Of a stretch of 64,000 nucleotides of DNA, positions 63,925-64,000 are shown piece after piece (position 1 is the stretch's first letter; every line of letters starts with the position of its first letter). This DNA comes from an uncultured virus (IMG/VR IMGVR_UViG_3300012973_000875). Its lineage: Duplodnaviria; Heunggongvirae; Uroviricota; Caudoviricetes. The stretch is taken from IMG/VR virus record IMGVR_UViG_3300012973_000875; one strand, written 5' to 3'. The notes beneath the pieces were generated by a model, which worked only from the letters and a program-made list of their open reading frames with translations, was not told the DNA's origin and did not search any database. The position numbers and the translations under genes are program-made.

Positions 63925-64000
63925 TGCTCGCCCACTGGATCACCCGCCGCGTGCGCCTGGCACGGCGGCGGTTGCGGGGCCTGGTCCCGGGCGGTCCGGT
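63924..64000 (+). CDS. Partial CDS running off window
   Basis: TGATG coupling; MLAHWITRRVRL... Confidence 0.4.
   Translation, partial: MLAHWITRRVRLARRRLRGLVPGGP

Overview
The window looks like part of a large (jumbo-type), GC-rich bacteriophage genome. Essentially every credible gene is on the + strand, and I see no cellular housekeeping operons. A Planctomycetota host is a weak inference from small secreted Cys/Gly proteins and an RHH-like ORF. Layout: (i) an ~11 kb block of small accessory genes (2.0-12.9 kb) bounded by inverted TTTTTTTAGC motifs, with an Acb2/Tad1-like domain, a non-canonical tRNA-His and a putative structured RNA; (ii) a second accessory block (16.4-21.8 kb) with a haloacid dehalogenase; (iii) tail-like glycan-acting proteins, a methyltransferase, a glycosyltransferase and a two-component system; (iv) probable virion-core genes. 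The core genes include a two-gene multisubunit RNA polymerase (beta fused to beta'-N, plus a separate beta'-C) with no cysteine and neither zinc site, and several Gly-zipper or multi-domain proteins punctuated by K-x-[A/S/G] motifs at module boundaries. The most striking candidate system is a 1715-aa K-x-A-punctuated polyprotein (2H phosphoesterase, Zn fingers, LigD phosphoesterase, HExxH module, SNF2 helicase) whose junk-looking spacers carry separate genes in the +1 frame. Two nested genes share an N-terminal ML[KT]AxPxRR tag with a tandem gene cluster at 30.5-32.4 kb. An AT-rich palindrome (ATWAACGTTWAT) recurs six times. All assignments come from reading motifs by eye; no database searches were run.
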